A stretch of 64,000 nucleotides of DNA from Octopus vulgaris (lineage: Eukaryota): the NCBI GenBank assembly GCA_951406725.2, contig OX597819.1, positions 82,212,001-82,276,000 on the forward strand, written 5' to 3'. Position numbers and translations under genes: made by a program. This document shows, piece by piece, positions 12,701 through 25,231 of the stretch (position 1 is its first letter; every line of letters begins with the position of its first letter). Below the pieces are notes generated by a model. The model did no database searches. It was given only the letters and a program-made list of their open reading frames with translations, and had not been told where the DNA came from.

Positions 12701-14127
12701 TATGAATAATGTAGCTATTAATAAGAAGATGTGAAATTAACGCATGCAAGATTTCACGACGCAAGCATCACTCCTTCGTTGTCAGCCTATGAACATTTCA
12801 GCTCACCGTCGTGTGTGTGTGTGTGTGTATGTATACACATATGTATGTGTTTGTATATGTATGTATATATATATATATATATGTCTGTGTGTGTGTGTGT
12901 ATGTGCGTGCGTATGTACGTATGTTGTGTGTGTGTGTATGAGTGTGTGCGTGCATGCGTGTGTGTGTGTCGCGTGTGTGAGTGTTTATGTGTGTATGTGT
13001 GGTAAGAAATACGCAAAGATTTATATGCAAGACGTAAACTGTTATCGTTGACACTATCTTTACCTCAAAGTGACTGTTTTTTAAGGAGCCTGTTTAATAT
13101 ATATATGCTATGCTTTTGTCCTAACCGTATGGTAATGATATACTTTTAACAAAGTATTAATCATATATACTAACGACCGTTTGAGCAGAATATAACTGAA
13201 ATAAGCTTAACGAAACCAACAGCGTTTCAAAACGTACAATATGAATATGTCTCTTGAGACGACTGTGCATTTTCAAATACAGTTTACTCTTTTATTCACT
13301 TCTTTTCTGTTTATCGGAACCTACTATATAACTACATAGTGTATGTGTTTGTACGTGTATACGTGCATACATTTGCCAAATTACAAATGTATTTTATATT
13401 GACATGAACATTATATTTAATCAAAGGTCAACTTTCGGAAGTTGATCAGACTACCGTACAATCACCAATACCTCTCGAGTTAGTTATAGCTTTGAACATA
13501 AGTGGTTTGTTCAACTTCCGGAAGAATGCCTTAGTTCATGTTAAGAGATACAGTCTCGTTCTTTTCTAAATTAGAAACATTATTCGGAAATCGTATCTCT
13601 CGGAAGCTCCTAGACTAGTTTTAATTAACTTTTCACTTGGACTAACATTTGTAAACGAATGAAATGGGACATTTTGATTCCTGGTTTTCGGACTAGCTTT
13701 AATGATGTAGGTGAAGTAGTTAAATTGCCTCAATTAGAACTGAAAGCGGAATGTAGAGTTCAGTCACCGAGCATTAAGTTTATATTTTCCAGCAAATGCT
13801 GGAGTTCTGTAAATTGATAATCGTTCTTAATTCAAATGAACATTCAGTACTTCAGTCATAATCAAGTACTAATTTCACATTTATATTCTGGTTATGAAAA
13901 TTTGTTTAAATGAAACATTTACCTTCATTATGTTCAACCAGTGTAATATAACTTTGTCAAACGAATCAGGGTAAGTCAAACATAAATGCGAAGTAATAAG
14001 AACACAATAAAGGCTGTTGTATCCAGGTAAGTATATGAGAGGTTCGATATTCAGTTAAAGTTGCTGAGAAAAATGAATATCACATAATCTTATCTCTTTT
14101 TTCTTCATATATATAAAGATATATATA

Positions 14128-14258
14128 TATTTCTTTATTGCCCACAAGGGGCTAAACACAGAGGGGACAAACAAGGACAGACAAAGGGATTAAGTCGATT
14201 ACATCGACCCCAGTGCGTAACTGGTAGCGTTTCTGCGTTTCTGCCAGCTCACCACCTT
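14128..14258 (-). mobile_element. SINE family B, internally deleted, with flanking duplication
   Basis: 3' tail nearly identical (antisense) to 1996-2095, joined directly to head GGTGGTGAGCTGGCAGAAACGC; ATATAAAGATATATAT at 14111-14126 and 14262-14277. Confidence 0.8.
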
Positions 14259-16719
14259 TAAATATAAAGATATATATTCAAACTGTCAAGGAAGCAATGA
14301 TTTCTAGATGTTCACGGCTGATTTGGGTTCAAATCCAACTAGATTTCAGTTTTTGCTATTCATTTCTTTGCAAACACTCAAAAAGCTGAATCAACAATGA
14401 CTTTCTTATTCACAATTCATCTTAAGTCTATCACACTCTTAGTATTCATGAGACAGGTTTCAGTGCCATCATATATTTGTGAATTTGTATACCAGTAAGA
14501 AATTTCTTTAATAATATATATTTCACTGTTACTATTATACGCTACAAAGTTTTGTCTAGAAGGATGTAATACATCATTTTATACTCAGCTTCTTTCTCTC
14601 CTATATTTTCTATTGTGCACTCAATGTTCTCTGATTAATAAGTTTCAGCTTCCTATTCTATTCATGTTTAACATAGGCTAGTGTTTTGGTGACTCCTTTA
14701 TTCAAGACAAATGGTCTCAATTAGCAAGGGTGGTGGGGAATAATACGTTGATACGATAGAAACATTGACTTTCAGTCTTTTCTCTCGAGGAGAGTATCAC
14801 GAATAGCATCATTCATTCCATTTTCTTATAAATGCTTTATCATCACAGAATTCTGTCTACGGAACCGATGAAATCGGATTAAACATACATACTTCATGAT
14901 CAACTTGATTAGTATGACTAAGTCGGAAAAGAGCCTGTTGCTTGTGAAAGTATATAAATGGGAAATTCATCGATTATACTATCACTATTGGAAAGAGAAG
15001 AAAAAAAAATCATTGCAAATTAAAAATAATCTGATAACTCTATTCTCAAGATGTAACAGATTGACCGTTAGTAACACTACGGAAATTTAGCATTTATATA
15101 TTAGAAAATACAATCTACTGTGATTTTATGAAATAACTTTTCTTGGTTTAACAAACTTTCAGTTTGCATCAAATTAAAGAAACAAAAAAAAAAGACATCG
15201 ACAAAGATGGCAAATAGAAGTGAGTCTTTGACAGCAGTGACAATAGCAATGGAATTTCTTGCAGCAGTAACGACAACGATGGATTAGAGGAAGAACTGTA
15301 AAAGCATGAAAATCTAAGAATATCGCAGTTATTGATAATGGGATTTAAAAGAAAACCAAGGTGAAACAACATTAGTAAATTAATATCATTTTTCTTTTCT
15401 TAATCTCCTGAATGTGAATTTCTATTTTCGATACAAAACTCATTAATAGTCCGATCGTGTCAGTGTAACCTTATTTGATTGTTTCTTGCAATCCGATGGA
15501 GAGTTCCTAAAGCATGGAAGTTTGACTGATTAAAAAATAGCGAACAGGAAAGGAAAATGGAGAAAACAAAAATAAGTAAATGAAAAAATATATATATTTC
15601 TAAATGGAATACATTCATATTGTTGCTCTGAAATAGTAAATATTTTCAAAACATTATATCATAGTCCCTGCCCGACTTCGTTAGATTAATATTGATTTCT
15701 TTTGACAAGGAACAATGTTGTCCCTTGAGGATTCGATGTACAATACCCGCTGCCTTTCTTTAACGTTATATTCGTGGCGTTACAATTATTTTTCTAGAAA
15801 TGCGTCGAGGTAGAAAGGGTCTAAGTTACTTATAGTATTTAGTTACGAATTATTACATGCTAGGTTCAAATTTCAACTAATTTGGTTTCGTCTTTTATCC
15901 TTGTGGAGGTGAACAATATAATTACTACTAGAATAGCTTTCGACTTTTCCTATCCAAAAGGATTTCTCAAGCCAATTCATTTCTCGCTGTCTCCGCCTGC
16001 GACAGAAGGAACACTACCATAACATAGTTACCTCCAGCATACTGCATGTTAGTTTCATCAACCATACTCTTCTGTACTGGGTATTAATTTTGTAATTTTC
16101 TTTCTTTCTAGATTGATTATTTTCACCACAACTAAGGAACTCAATCTATCCTTAGAAATATCTAGTCAGCTCATAGATGATTACATGCTATTATTTATAG
16201 CTTTATGTGCTTCGAGATTCACTGTTCAAAAGAGAATTATTTCACGTTCTCTCGAAATTTATAAATTCTTATGATATCAATAAATACTAGGAATAAATGG
16301 GTAGATTCTATTCAATTAATACTTTCTCTCCTTAAATTAGACTAGCGTTTAAGTAATAAGCCAATATAATTCATTTGTTCGGTCTCCTGTGACTGTTGGT
16401 GGTTCTAAACTGGGTGACTGATATATTCTGCTACACAGTATAAGGGCGGTCGTGACAACATGTGAAACAATAGTACTGCTTTTATACTTAAATAAATGAA
16501 AATACCTAAACATTGCATCAAAATTGGTTTCGTGTATTGCCAAAACAATCATACAGTGATATTGTAGAGCGCCATAGAACAAGATGCGAGTCAAGTCATT
16601 AACGTTCCTGATTAATGCAACCTAACAAACGTAGTGAATAGACTTGGAAAGAGCAGTAACGGTGTAACTTCCAGTACCATTTCATTACATATATATGTGG
16701 GGTAGGTGTGTCTATCTGA

Positions 16720-16930
16720 GTGTGTGTGCGTGTGTGGATTTTTGTTCCCTACAACCACTTGATAATCGGTGTTGGTGTGTTTACACCCCTGCAACTCAGC
16801 GGTTCGGCAAAAGAAAACAATGCAATAAGTACCTGCCTTAACTAGAATAATACAGTCGATTCGTTCGACTAAAATTCTTTAACACTGTGCCTCAACATGG
16901 CCGTAGTCTAATGACAGGAATAAAGTAAAA
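16720..16930 (+). mobile_element. SINE family A, 3' half
   Basis: CCACTTGATAATCGGTGTTGGTGTGTTTAC...CAGCGGTTCGGCAAAAG...CATGGCCGTAGTCTAATGAC. Confidence 0.75.
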
Positions 16931-17010
<80 letters not shown>

Positions 17011-17114
17011 TGTACATTTAAACACATGAATAATATATAGTCTCGTTGACTAAATTTTTACACGCTAGGCCACTGGTAAGGGAAATTTCTAATATTTCTG
17101 ATTCCCCTTTGATA

Positions 17115-17159
<45 letters not shown>

Positions 17160-17334
17160 CAAAGGGGAGGCTCTCTCTTGGTTTTTTTTTTCTGAAAGTC
17201 TAGATGATTTTGTTTCACATGCACACACGCTTATATATATTGACATATGTGTGTGTGTGTGTGTACGTATGTTATCTTTCTTTTTATTTTATAATTTTGC
17301 ATTATTTTACAGCTTGTATATATGTATGTGTGCG

Positions 17335-17365
<31 letters not shown>

Positions 17366-17366
17366 G

Positions 17367-17405
<39 letters not shown>

Positions 17406-17429
17406 GCGAATGTGTGTGTGTGTGTGTGT

Positions 17430-17575
17430 GTGTTTATGTCTCTGTGTTTGTCCACCTAACATCGATTGACAACCGATGCTGGTGTGTTTACGTCCCTATA
17501 ACTCAGCGGTTCGGCAAAAGAACCGATAGAATAAGTACTAGGCTTACAAAGAATAAGTCCTGAGGTCGATTTGCT
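17430..17575 (+). mobile_element. SINE family A, 3' part (truncated)
   Basis: TGACAACCGATGCTGGTGTGTTTACGTCCC...GGCTTACAAAGAATAAGTCCTGAGGTCGATTTGCTC, near-identical to 38005-38115. Confidence 0.85.
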
Positions 17576-17993
17576 CTTCCGGACTCACTTTACGAGAGCT
17601 TTTCGGTTCGAATCGCACTTGTCTCGAGGTGTGCTAGAGAGTTTCTATTTTGGATATATTTGGGGTACTTAATTGTGCTCGTGGCTTAGTGCTCGCTTCT
17701 TCCATGGGTATAAGTAAGTATTTCACTTATTTCTTTTACCGCATTTATCACTGATGAAGAGAAGGTTCTGATGAACTAACTCTGGAATCGGTTCCAATAT
17801 AGTAATAACGGAAATTTTTAGAAATTTCTGACGACATTCTTCAAAGCACGTGCTTGTAGTGATAAATTGCATGGATATTGACGTTGTATCTATTTTCGGC
17901 ATATTTTGGTATTAGAATTTTTTTTCTGTCCTTACTTATAAATTGTTTATAAATTTAACCTTTAAAGGTATTTTTTAATATGCTATCCTATAT

Positions 17994-18056
<63 letters not shown>

Positions 18057-18059
18057 ATA

Positions 18060-18096
<37 letters not shown>

Positions 18097-18168
18097 GCGT
18101 ATACACACACACATACATACAAGCTGTAAAATAATGCAAAATTACAATTATAATACAGATAACATACG

Positions 18169-18190
<22 letters not shown>

Positions 18191-18203
<13 letters not shown>

Positions 18204-18530
18204 TTCGAGACAAAACCACTATTTTGCAAAACAAACAAGGAAAGACTTAATCAATACATAAAATTTTAATATAAATTAAATAAACCGCCACTACAATCGT
18301 TTCATGTCTTCAAATGACATTCGTCAGGTGGATTTCCGATTTTCAAATCAGTTTCAATTTAAATTGAAACTGATTTGAAAATCGGAAATCCACCTGACGA
18401 ATGTCATTTGAAGACATGAAACGATTGTAGTGGCGGTTTATTTAATTTATATTAAAATTTTATGTATTGATTAAGTCTTTCCTTGTTTGTTTTGCAAAAT
18501 AGTGGTTTTGTCTCGAATTAATATTATATA
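18191..18530. repeat. Perfect 340-bp palindrome (170-bp arms, no spacer), probably an inverted Penelope-like pseudo-LTR pair
   Basis: Checked in 10-nt blocks: 18191-18360 is the exact reverse complement of 18361-18530 (centre ...GTTTCAATTT|AAATTGAAAC...); (TA)n arrays on the left and ~80 nt to the right. Confidence 0.95.
18390..18433 (+). ncRNA. Minimal type I hammerhead ribozyme motif (mirror copy on - strand at 18288-18331)
   Basis: ccac-CUGACGA-auguc(auuugaa)gacau-GAAAC-gauu-GUA-gugg: stem I ccac/gugg, intact CUGANGA and GAAA core, 5-bp stem II, very short stem III, NUH triplet GUA. Confidence 0.75.
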
Positions 18531-18742
18531 ATATTTTACTATAAAATTGGATTTAATCCTAAATCTGATTTTTTCCCTGTAAATTTGGATTTATTCCCTA
18601 ATATTTATTATTATATATATATATATATATATATACATATATGAATATATGTGCGTGTGTATGTATGTGGGAAAGAATATCATCTAGACTTTTAGAAGAA
18701 ACCAAGCGAGAGCTGTAGAATACTATTCTTATTCTCCATTTG

Positions 18743-18785
<43 letters not shown>

Positions 18786-20499
18786 TAATGACTATCAAAA
18801 CCGTATTTTTTTTTATCTTAGAGTCTTTTTTTGCATGTGTTATTCATATAAACACCGTTCATTTGGGAGAAAATACCTTCAAGTAAGAGCTATATCCCAC
18901 TCGACTAATATAGAAACAGATTTTCCTGGTAATAATTTTTTTTCTCTTTGGAATACGAGCCATACATTCTAGAATTCTAAGTTGTATATCCTAAGGCGAC
19001 AATTCTCCTATAAGATGGGAAAGCCACACCCAATTCATCATATCTACACATCATATACTCTTAAACATTCGGTTGCTGCCTTTGAAGCACAGCTTTGCTC
19101 AATAAATGCTGGAGGGCGGGCTGCTATAGCCAGCAAATAGGCTTCTAGTATGCATTAGCTTTTAACTCGATTTCAATTCTCGGTTGAAACCATTTATTTC
19201 CATGACCAATGCTCCTGGAAAATACACGCAGATAACGACTTACCATTTCTCGTTCCATTCAAAATAAAGGGCCTTTGTGCCTAGAATAAACTAACATGCA
19301 ACCTAATTTAGATTCTTGATTGAAGCCATTTCACTTCACTTAACTCTTATGCTTTACTTAATTAACTTAAAGGCATGAATGTCACACAGTCAATTTCTAA
19401 TCTTCTTCAAATGTTTAAAGAAGAAATCAATATATGTTCTTGTTCTCTTTCTAAATCATTTGCTTTCGGATCACATTTATTATCCCTAAGGTCAATATAA
19501 TCAACAGTGATAATCATTCTTTATCGTTCTTTATTTCATTATCTTTTCATTCATTTCTTGCTTACAGTTCACCCTCCACTCACATCATTCTCTACTTCAC
19601 CCTCTCTATCCACGCTTTCTCTCTCTCTATCTCTCGATTACTAGTAATATGAACGTTTTAATTTTTCTAAATGCTTGTAACAAATTCTTTGTAGGCTATC
19701 AGAAAAGGGAGATAGCCTACGGTTTATGTTATTGAAATATCTAATCGTAGATCGTGATTTCGAATGCATTGTGAAATTTTCGCCGTTTTGCTGGACAGAA
19801 TGCTAAACATTTCATTGCCTCACTTCAGCTATCCTTTGGTAGTAAGTACAAAATTAACTGAGAGAGATCGGTTGTGGAATAGATCCCGGTGGTAGCCTTA
19901 TATATACCTTCATTTGTTCAAGAATCTGGTTATGATTATTAGCCGTTGTTAACAGCTTATCTTACACAATATTCATTTTACAAATGACATCAATTAGTAT
20001 GACATTTTCTCCCGCAAGAAGATGTCCATATGCGTTGACAGATCATCGATATAACAATTTTCGCTTTTGTTATAAAGCAATGTATCTACCTTCTCAATAT
20101 TAGTTGTGAAGAGTGATGTATCTTTCTTTTTACTGTTCCGGTATGATTTTCAGAAAAATACTTCAACTGACCGATAAAAATCAGTATTTTGTTCTCAAGA
20201 CAAACATCATGGCTGTACAGATAAACATAGAATCTAATTATTATTGTTTTTTCCTTTAAGCGGGTGGCCGACCACAAGTGGAATCACTGAGAACTTGTTT
20301 TATGTGATACATGAAATTAGTTTCAATCATACCGTTGGAGTACTTTACCAGACCAAAAATGTCTCAAAATTGTTCAAGTACCTATTTTCAATCTGCTCAT
20401 CACAGATGTCTGCATCTGCACATTGTCGTTTGGCTTATAGATAACTCCGTTTTTGTCCATGTTTGTACTTCTATATTCAGTATTTTTAATTCAATATTG

Positions 20500-23400
20500 T
20501 TGATCCATCGGGGACTCGGTTTTATTATCTTTAAAAGAAGTTTGGAATAGTAAGTTATTGAACGTTATGCGAGTTTTAACAATTTTCTTTTCTTTTTTTT
20601 TTTTTTGTTTTAGATTAAACCTCCAGTAGACTAATTCCGTTGTTCTATCCAGAACCCCGAACCAGTTTTGATTTGAAAATCTGTCTGAAAACACAAAACT
20701 TAGTGTTTAATAAACTACCCTTCGATAATATATATTTGAAGCATGGGGTTCTTTCTCATAATGACTGGCAATGTTATGTTTAAGATTACCATAAATGATA
20801 ATCAAGGGTTGCTAGTCCTAACATTTATAGAATTTAGTTGTGTTACATATATACACAAACACACACACACACACATACACCCACACCCACACACGTTTAT
20901 ATATATGTGTGTGTGTATATATATATATATAAAGTAAAAATTTGTCCCCTTCATATGAATAATGATTGTATATCGGTACAAATTTATCTTTCACTCTCCT
21001 GGTTCATTAGAGAAAAACATATCTACTTAGAATGTGTTTAATTAACGTTTGTATTCAGTTGATTAGATATGAGTGTTTGAGCATGGTATCATCTGCATAG
21101 GAGCATGTTTTGCAAAAAGTGTGTGTGTATGTGAGTGTGCGTGTGTGTGTGTGTGAGTGTGTGTGTATGTGTGCGTGTGTATTTGAGAGGGAGAAAGAGA
21201 AAGAGAGAGAGAAAGCATTAAGGTGCAGCTTTATGCCTTTGCTCAGCAGATGGAGATTATCCTCTGAATTTTTTTCCCGAAACAGAACGTCTGTATTAAA
21301 TTCCCGATTTCCCATAAGACAACTACCAGATATTTTTGCAAAACTTTTGTTACCATGTTCAGATCAATAATCGGAGTTATTTAGCCAAAATGTTTTCAAT
21401 AACTCCTCCCCATTGCTCACATATTTAAACAAACGTATTTAAACAATCATGTGACGAGTCTCTGTGGAAGAAACGGGATGCTCTTCTTTTCCCAGTAGTC
21501 TTGGTACATTGTTGCCAAGTTTGGCGCGAACACGTCTAGAAATTCTTTACAGATTTCTTGAAGAGAGGCTGTCAAGACGGAGAGAATACTTTCTTCTTAC
21601 CGCTTTGATTGCAAAAAGGAATTGATCTCCCACCTCTGTTTGAAAACTTCAATATACTGCATGGTTACTAAACACATCTATGAATTGGAAACATTCAATG
21701 AATTGCTTCAAAAATCATCAGAGACGTTATGAAGATATTGACACTTTTATACAGTAAAAAAATATAAAAACTCTCAGATGGTTTTGTATTATATACCTTA
21801 ACTCTAAGTTGTCTTATAGCTATTAAAGAATGATTTAATGTCCCAATTCGTATAAAAAGTACAAGTCTGTTCAGGTTGTGTGTAATTGATGTCTGCATTC
21901 AGATAACTGTGTATATATATGCACGCGCGCGCGATTGTCTGTGGTTTCATCTGCATAGGATAATGTATTGCTATTCAACCATTCAACTTACAACTATACA
22001 ACCTTCCTTCTTGCTATTCTGCAGCTGTTTTCCTTACTACTGCATTTGCTGTATTATCCCTTGAGTAAAAAAAAAATTCCAGTTTAATAACTGCTGCCAA
22101 ACGAACTGTAATTATTAAAACTACGTCCCATACCCACCAATTATTTTTAATTAGAGTGATCGCTTTGCCTCTGAATATTTTCCAAGTCTAAACTGCCTCT
22201 TTAAGTTTTCAATACCGAGGCTATCTATCGCTGTTATTCAATCTGACTTCACCAATTAGTATTTCGTGGTCGGTATACGCTATCTTGAAACATAAACAGC
22301 TGGCTCATTTCCTGTTTCATGAACTATATAATACATTATATTATGACCTATATTGCCACGCTTATTGGATTGAGATCACACATATTCCGTGGGAAAAATC
22401 TAGTCTAAATCTATGAACGTGTACCAAGTGGAGATAGTTGATTAGTATTAAGAGTAGTGGTCATCATATCGAATGTAAGCTGACTCATACACTGTTTGGA
22501 TTTGCACCCGCGGTGCATTCTAGTCTTCGCTTAACAATAGAGCACAAATCGGAACCATAAACTATTCCTTCAAACTAATGGTAGCGAGACTTCCATTACA
22601 ATGAATCCTCTTGTAGCAGAAGTGATTTATACTGTCATTGTGTGAGGTGTTATCGTTTTGACTCATCTAGGCTTAAATACCAGAATATCGGCTCCAGAGC
22701 CCTTTTCGTTCCAGCAGGTTACACGAGCCCGTGATTAAATGAACCTGTTGTTTGTATTGGTCGGCTTCCAGCTGTCCAATCGCGTTGGCGCAACAGTTTA
22801 TTTTTCCTTACGCGAGAAATTAATCACCAGTGCTGGGAGTCTACTGATCTCTGTAAGAACGACAGTTCTCGACTGCTCTAGATCTTAGGCATTCGTCACT
22901 GACCACACGCAACTCGTCTCCGGCAACGATGTATCTGATACCAGCCAGTCTCCGCTTTCATCTTCTCCACCAGACACCTGTCTACATCATTGCTACATGA
23001 ACATCACGCGACCAACAGACCCACAGCTGCCTCTACACACCAGTACTTCAACTATGTCTACCAGATCAGTCCATCCTAACCACGAAGTTATGTTATCTTA
23101 TTTCATGTATGGCAATCATTGTATTTTATAACGGAAAATAAATCGTCGCCAACCTATTTTGAATTGCATCAAATTATTTGTGAAGTTTATGAAAGGCTCT
23201 TTCGTTATTTCTATACAAATGTAACAGTGTTAACGTTTAGTAGTTGTGGCATCTACTCACTATGTATAATGGTAAAAGAAACCCACAGCTATACTCACAT
23301 CTCATTATCAATATCAGTTATAACTCCTACTCGGGGAAACTAAATATCAGCAAAACGGGATACTTAATAATCCAACTTACTATCACAGAGCCTATTCTTA

Positions 23401-24100
23401 AAATTCAACCAACAATACAAGCCAAGCATAACAGGACATAGTTGATCCATAATAATTGTAGGTCACAGGGTACACGATTTTTCTGTCTAACAACACCCAT
23501 TTGTAAGGTCCTAACGTTGTTCAAAAAAACTTCCTTTCTTACAACAGGAACTTAATCTTCTTACAACTAAATACTGAATTCCCTGGATCATATTTCTACC
23601 TATGATAATAGTGCATAAAGGATACGTGATTTACCTCTTTTTTCCAATATTAGAGACATTTGGTACAACATATGACCGCGCCACCAGATATCTTTGTCGA
23701 ACAGGTTTCCTTTCGGTCTTTTTGTTTTTTTTTAGGAAGGGAGATATGTTTGCGTGTGTATCAATATGCGTGTTTGAAAAGGAGGAAAGAGAGAGAGGTG
23801 GGGGTAATGCAAAGAGAGATAAGTTGGATGCTTTCTAGGGTGGCATACTTTTGGTTCTGTTGTTGTAGGTGTTGTTGTTGCTATTGCTGATTTGCTGGTG
23901 TTACTGTTGTTGGTATTGATGATACTGCTGCAACTACTGTACGCTGTTGTTGGTGTTGGAGTTGTAGTGTTGGCAGTAATCTGGTGGGTTTCCTCTCTCC
24001 TGCTCTTCGATGAGGCCAGAATGCACTGAAATGGCCTTCCGTACCACACAACTGGCATGATGATGGTGTGGCACGGTTAAGGGGCTGGTATTTGCTCATT
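20500..24100 (-). mobile_element. Highly decayed Tx1/L1-clade LINE: ORF1 zinc knuckle, APE and RT remnants in native order
   Basis: Minus strand: CQLCGTEGHFSAFW (CX2CX4HX4C with last C->W) 24016-24057; APE-like AVGLLV / DESGDWLVSD / LRVVS at ~22760-23035; RT N-terminus (..LDSL...CKEFLDVFAPNLATMYQDYWEKKSIP...EDNLHLL) ~21240-21600; SYADDT 21085-21102; NW..VL......YW block ~20620-20680. Confidence 0.7.
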
Positions 24101-24289
24101 TATTGATAATACTGGGAATAAAATTATTTCACTCGCTATCCCCAGAGCTTAGGCTCTGGAAACTAGGACTAGTTGTTTCTCTTTACTGTTGCAGTTAACT
24201 TTTTTGCTTAGTTATTCCAGTTCTTCCAGGCATTCGGATATGAGGTAAGTTTTATTACGACAAATAGACAATTAGGATTTCTGTCCTCT

Positions 24290-24800
24290 ATCAGTATTCG
24301 ATACCATCGACCCCAGCACTTCACTGGTACTCTGTTTTATAACTCCAGTTGGGTGAAAGACAAAGTTGACCCCGGCAACATATGCACGCGGCCTGAAATT
24401 TGTGGTTTAGTCGATTAGACTGACCCCCAATACTTGAGTGATACTTTGTTTTAACGACGCTGGAGGATAAAAGACGAAGTTAACTTCAAAAATGTTTGAA
24501 CTCAGAACGCAAAGGCCGTCACTAATTACCCGCAAAACATTCGAAGACGATGCTTTTGCTTGATGCTTAAACGATTCAGCTCCTCCACCAACATTTCTAA
24601 AATTCTTCTTTAACTACAAGGCCATCTGTTTTGAGCGTAGGGGTTAGTCGATGAAAAGATACTAATACTTGACTAATACCTTATTCTATCGATCCTGAGA
24701 GAATTAAGGCGAAGTTGACCTTAGAAGGATTTTAACCCAGAACGTAAAGAACTAGGGAAATACTGCATAGCATTTTAAACGTCCCTCCACTCTTAAAATT
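24290..24800 (-). mobile_element. Cluster of three degenerate SINE family B copies in tandem orientation
   Basis: Repeated CATCGACCCCAG.AC...GGTACT..TTTTAT...GGATGAAAG.C.AAGTTGACC motifs at ~24300, ~24420 and ~24660. Confidence 0.6.
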
Positions 24801-24943
24801 ATTACTGAAAGAGACAAGACTATTATATCCATAGTGAGGTTGACGACCGTTCATAGAAGCACTGCATGACTGGCGTTACAGTTGGGTATACATCTTATAT
24901 ATAATGACCACAACTATTTATATATGTAATGAAAGCTCTAAAC

Positions 24944-25231
24944 TAGTGCTACAGAAAGTGGTGGTCCGCGGACCGGTGCCGGTCCGCGAGCCATCAGCTG
25001 CCGGTACATGGCGAGTTTTCAGAAAAGAAAGAAATATTATAAAATGCTTATGTAATATTGTATTATTTGTTTACAAAATAAATATAAGATAAAAAAATTT
25101 GTCAACTTTTATTTTCTTCATTATATATATTGTTTCCGGTTAAATTAATATTACTAATAAATATTACGGGTCTGTGGCACATTGAACAGAAAACAGCCGG
25201 TACGCCACATTAGATAGTTTGAGAAGCACTG
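24944..25231. mobile_element. hAT (Charlie-type) MITE
   Basis: Imperfect TIRs TAGTGCTACAGAAA / TTTGAGAAGCACTG; perfect 8-bp TSD CTCTAAAC at 24936-24943 and 25232-25239; subterminal CCGGTCCGCG motifs. Confidence 0.85.

Noticed and set aside
24060-24250. Possible plus-strand exon ending at GAG|GTAAGT (24244/24245)
   Set aside because: Frames inspected contain stops and no recognisable protein; overlaps the 5' region of the minus-strand LINE fossil. Similar isolated GTAAGT sites near 13970-14030 also lack a coding frame.
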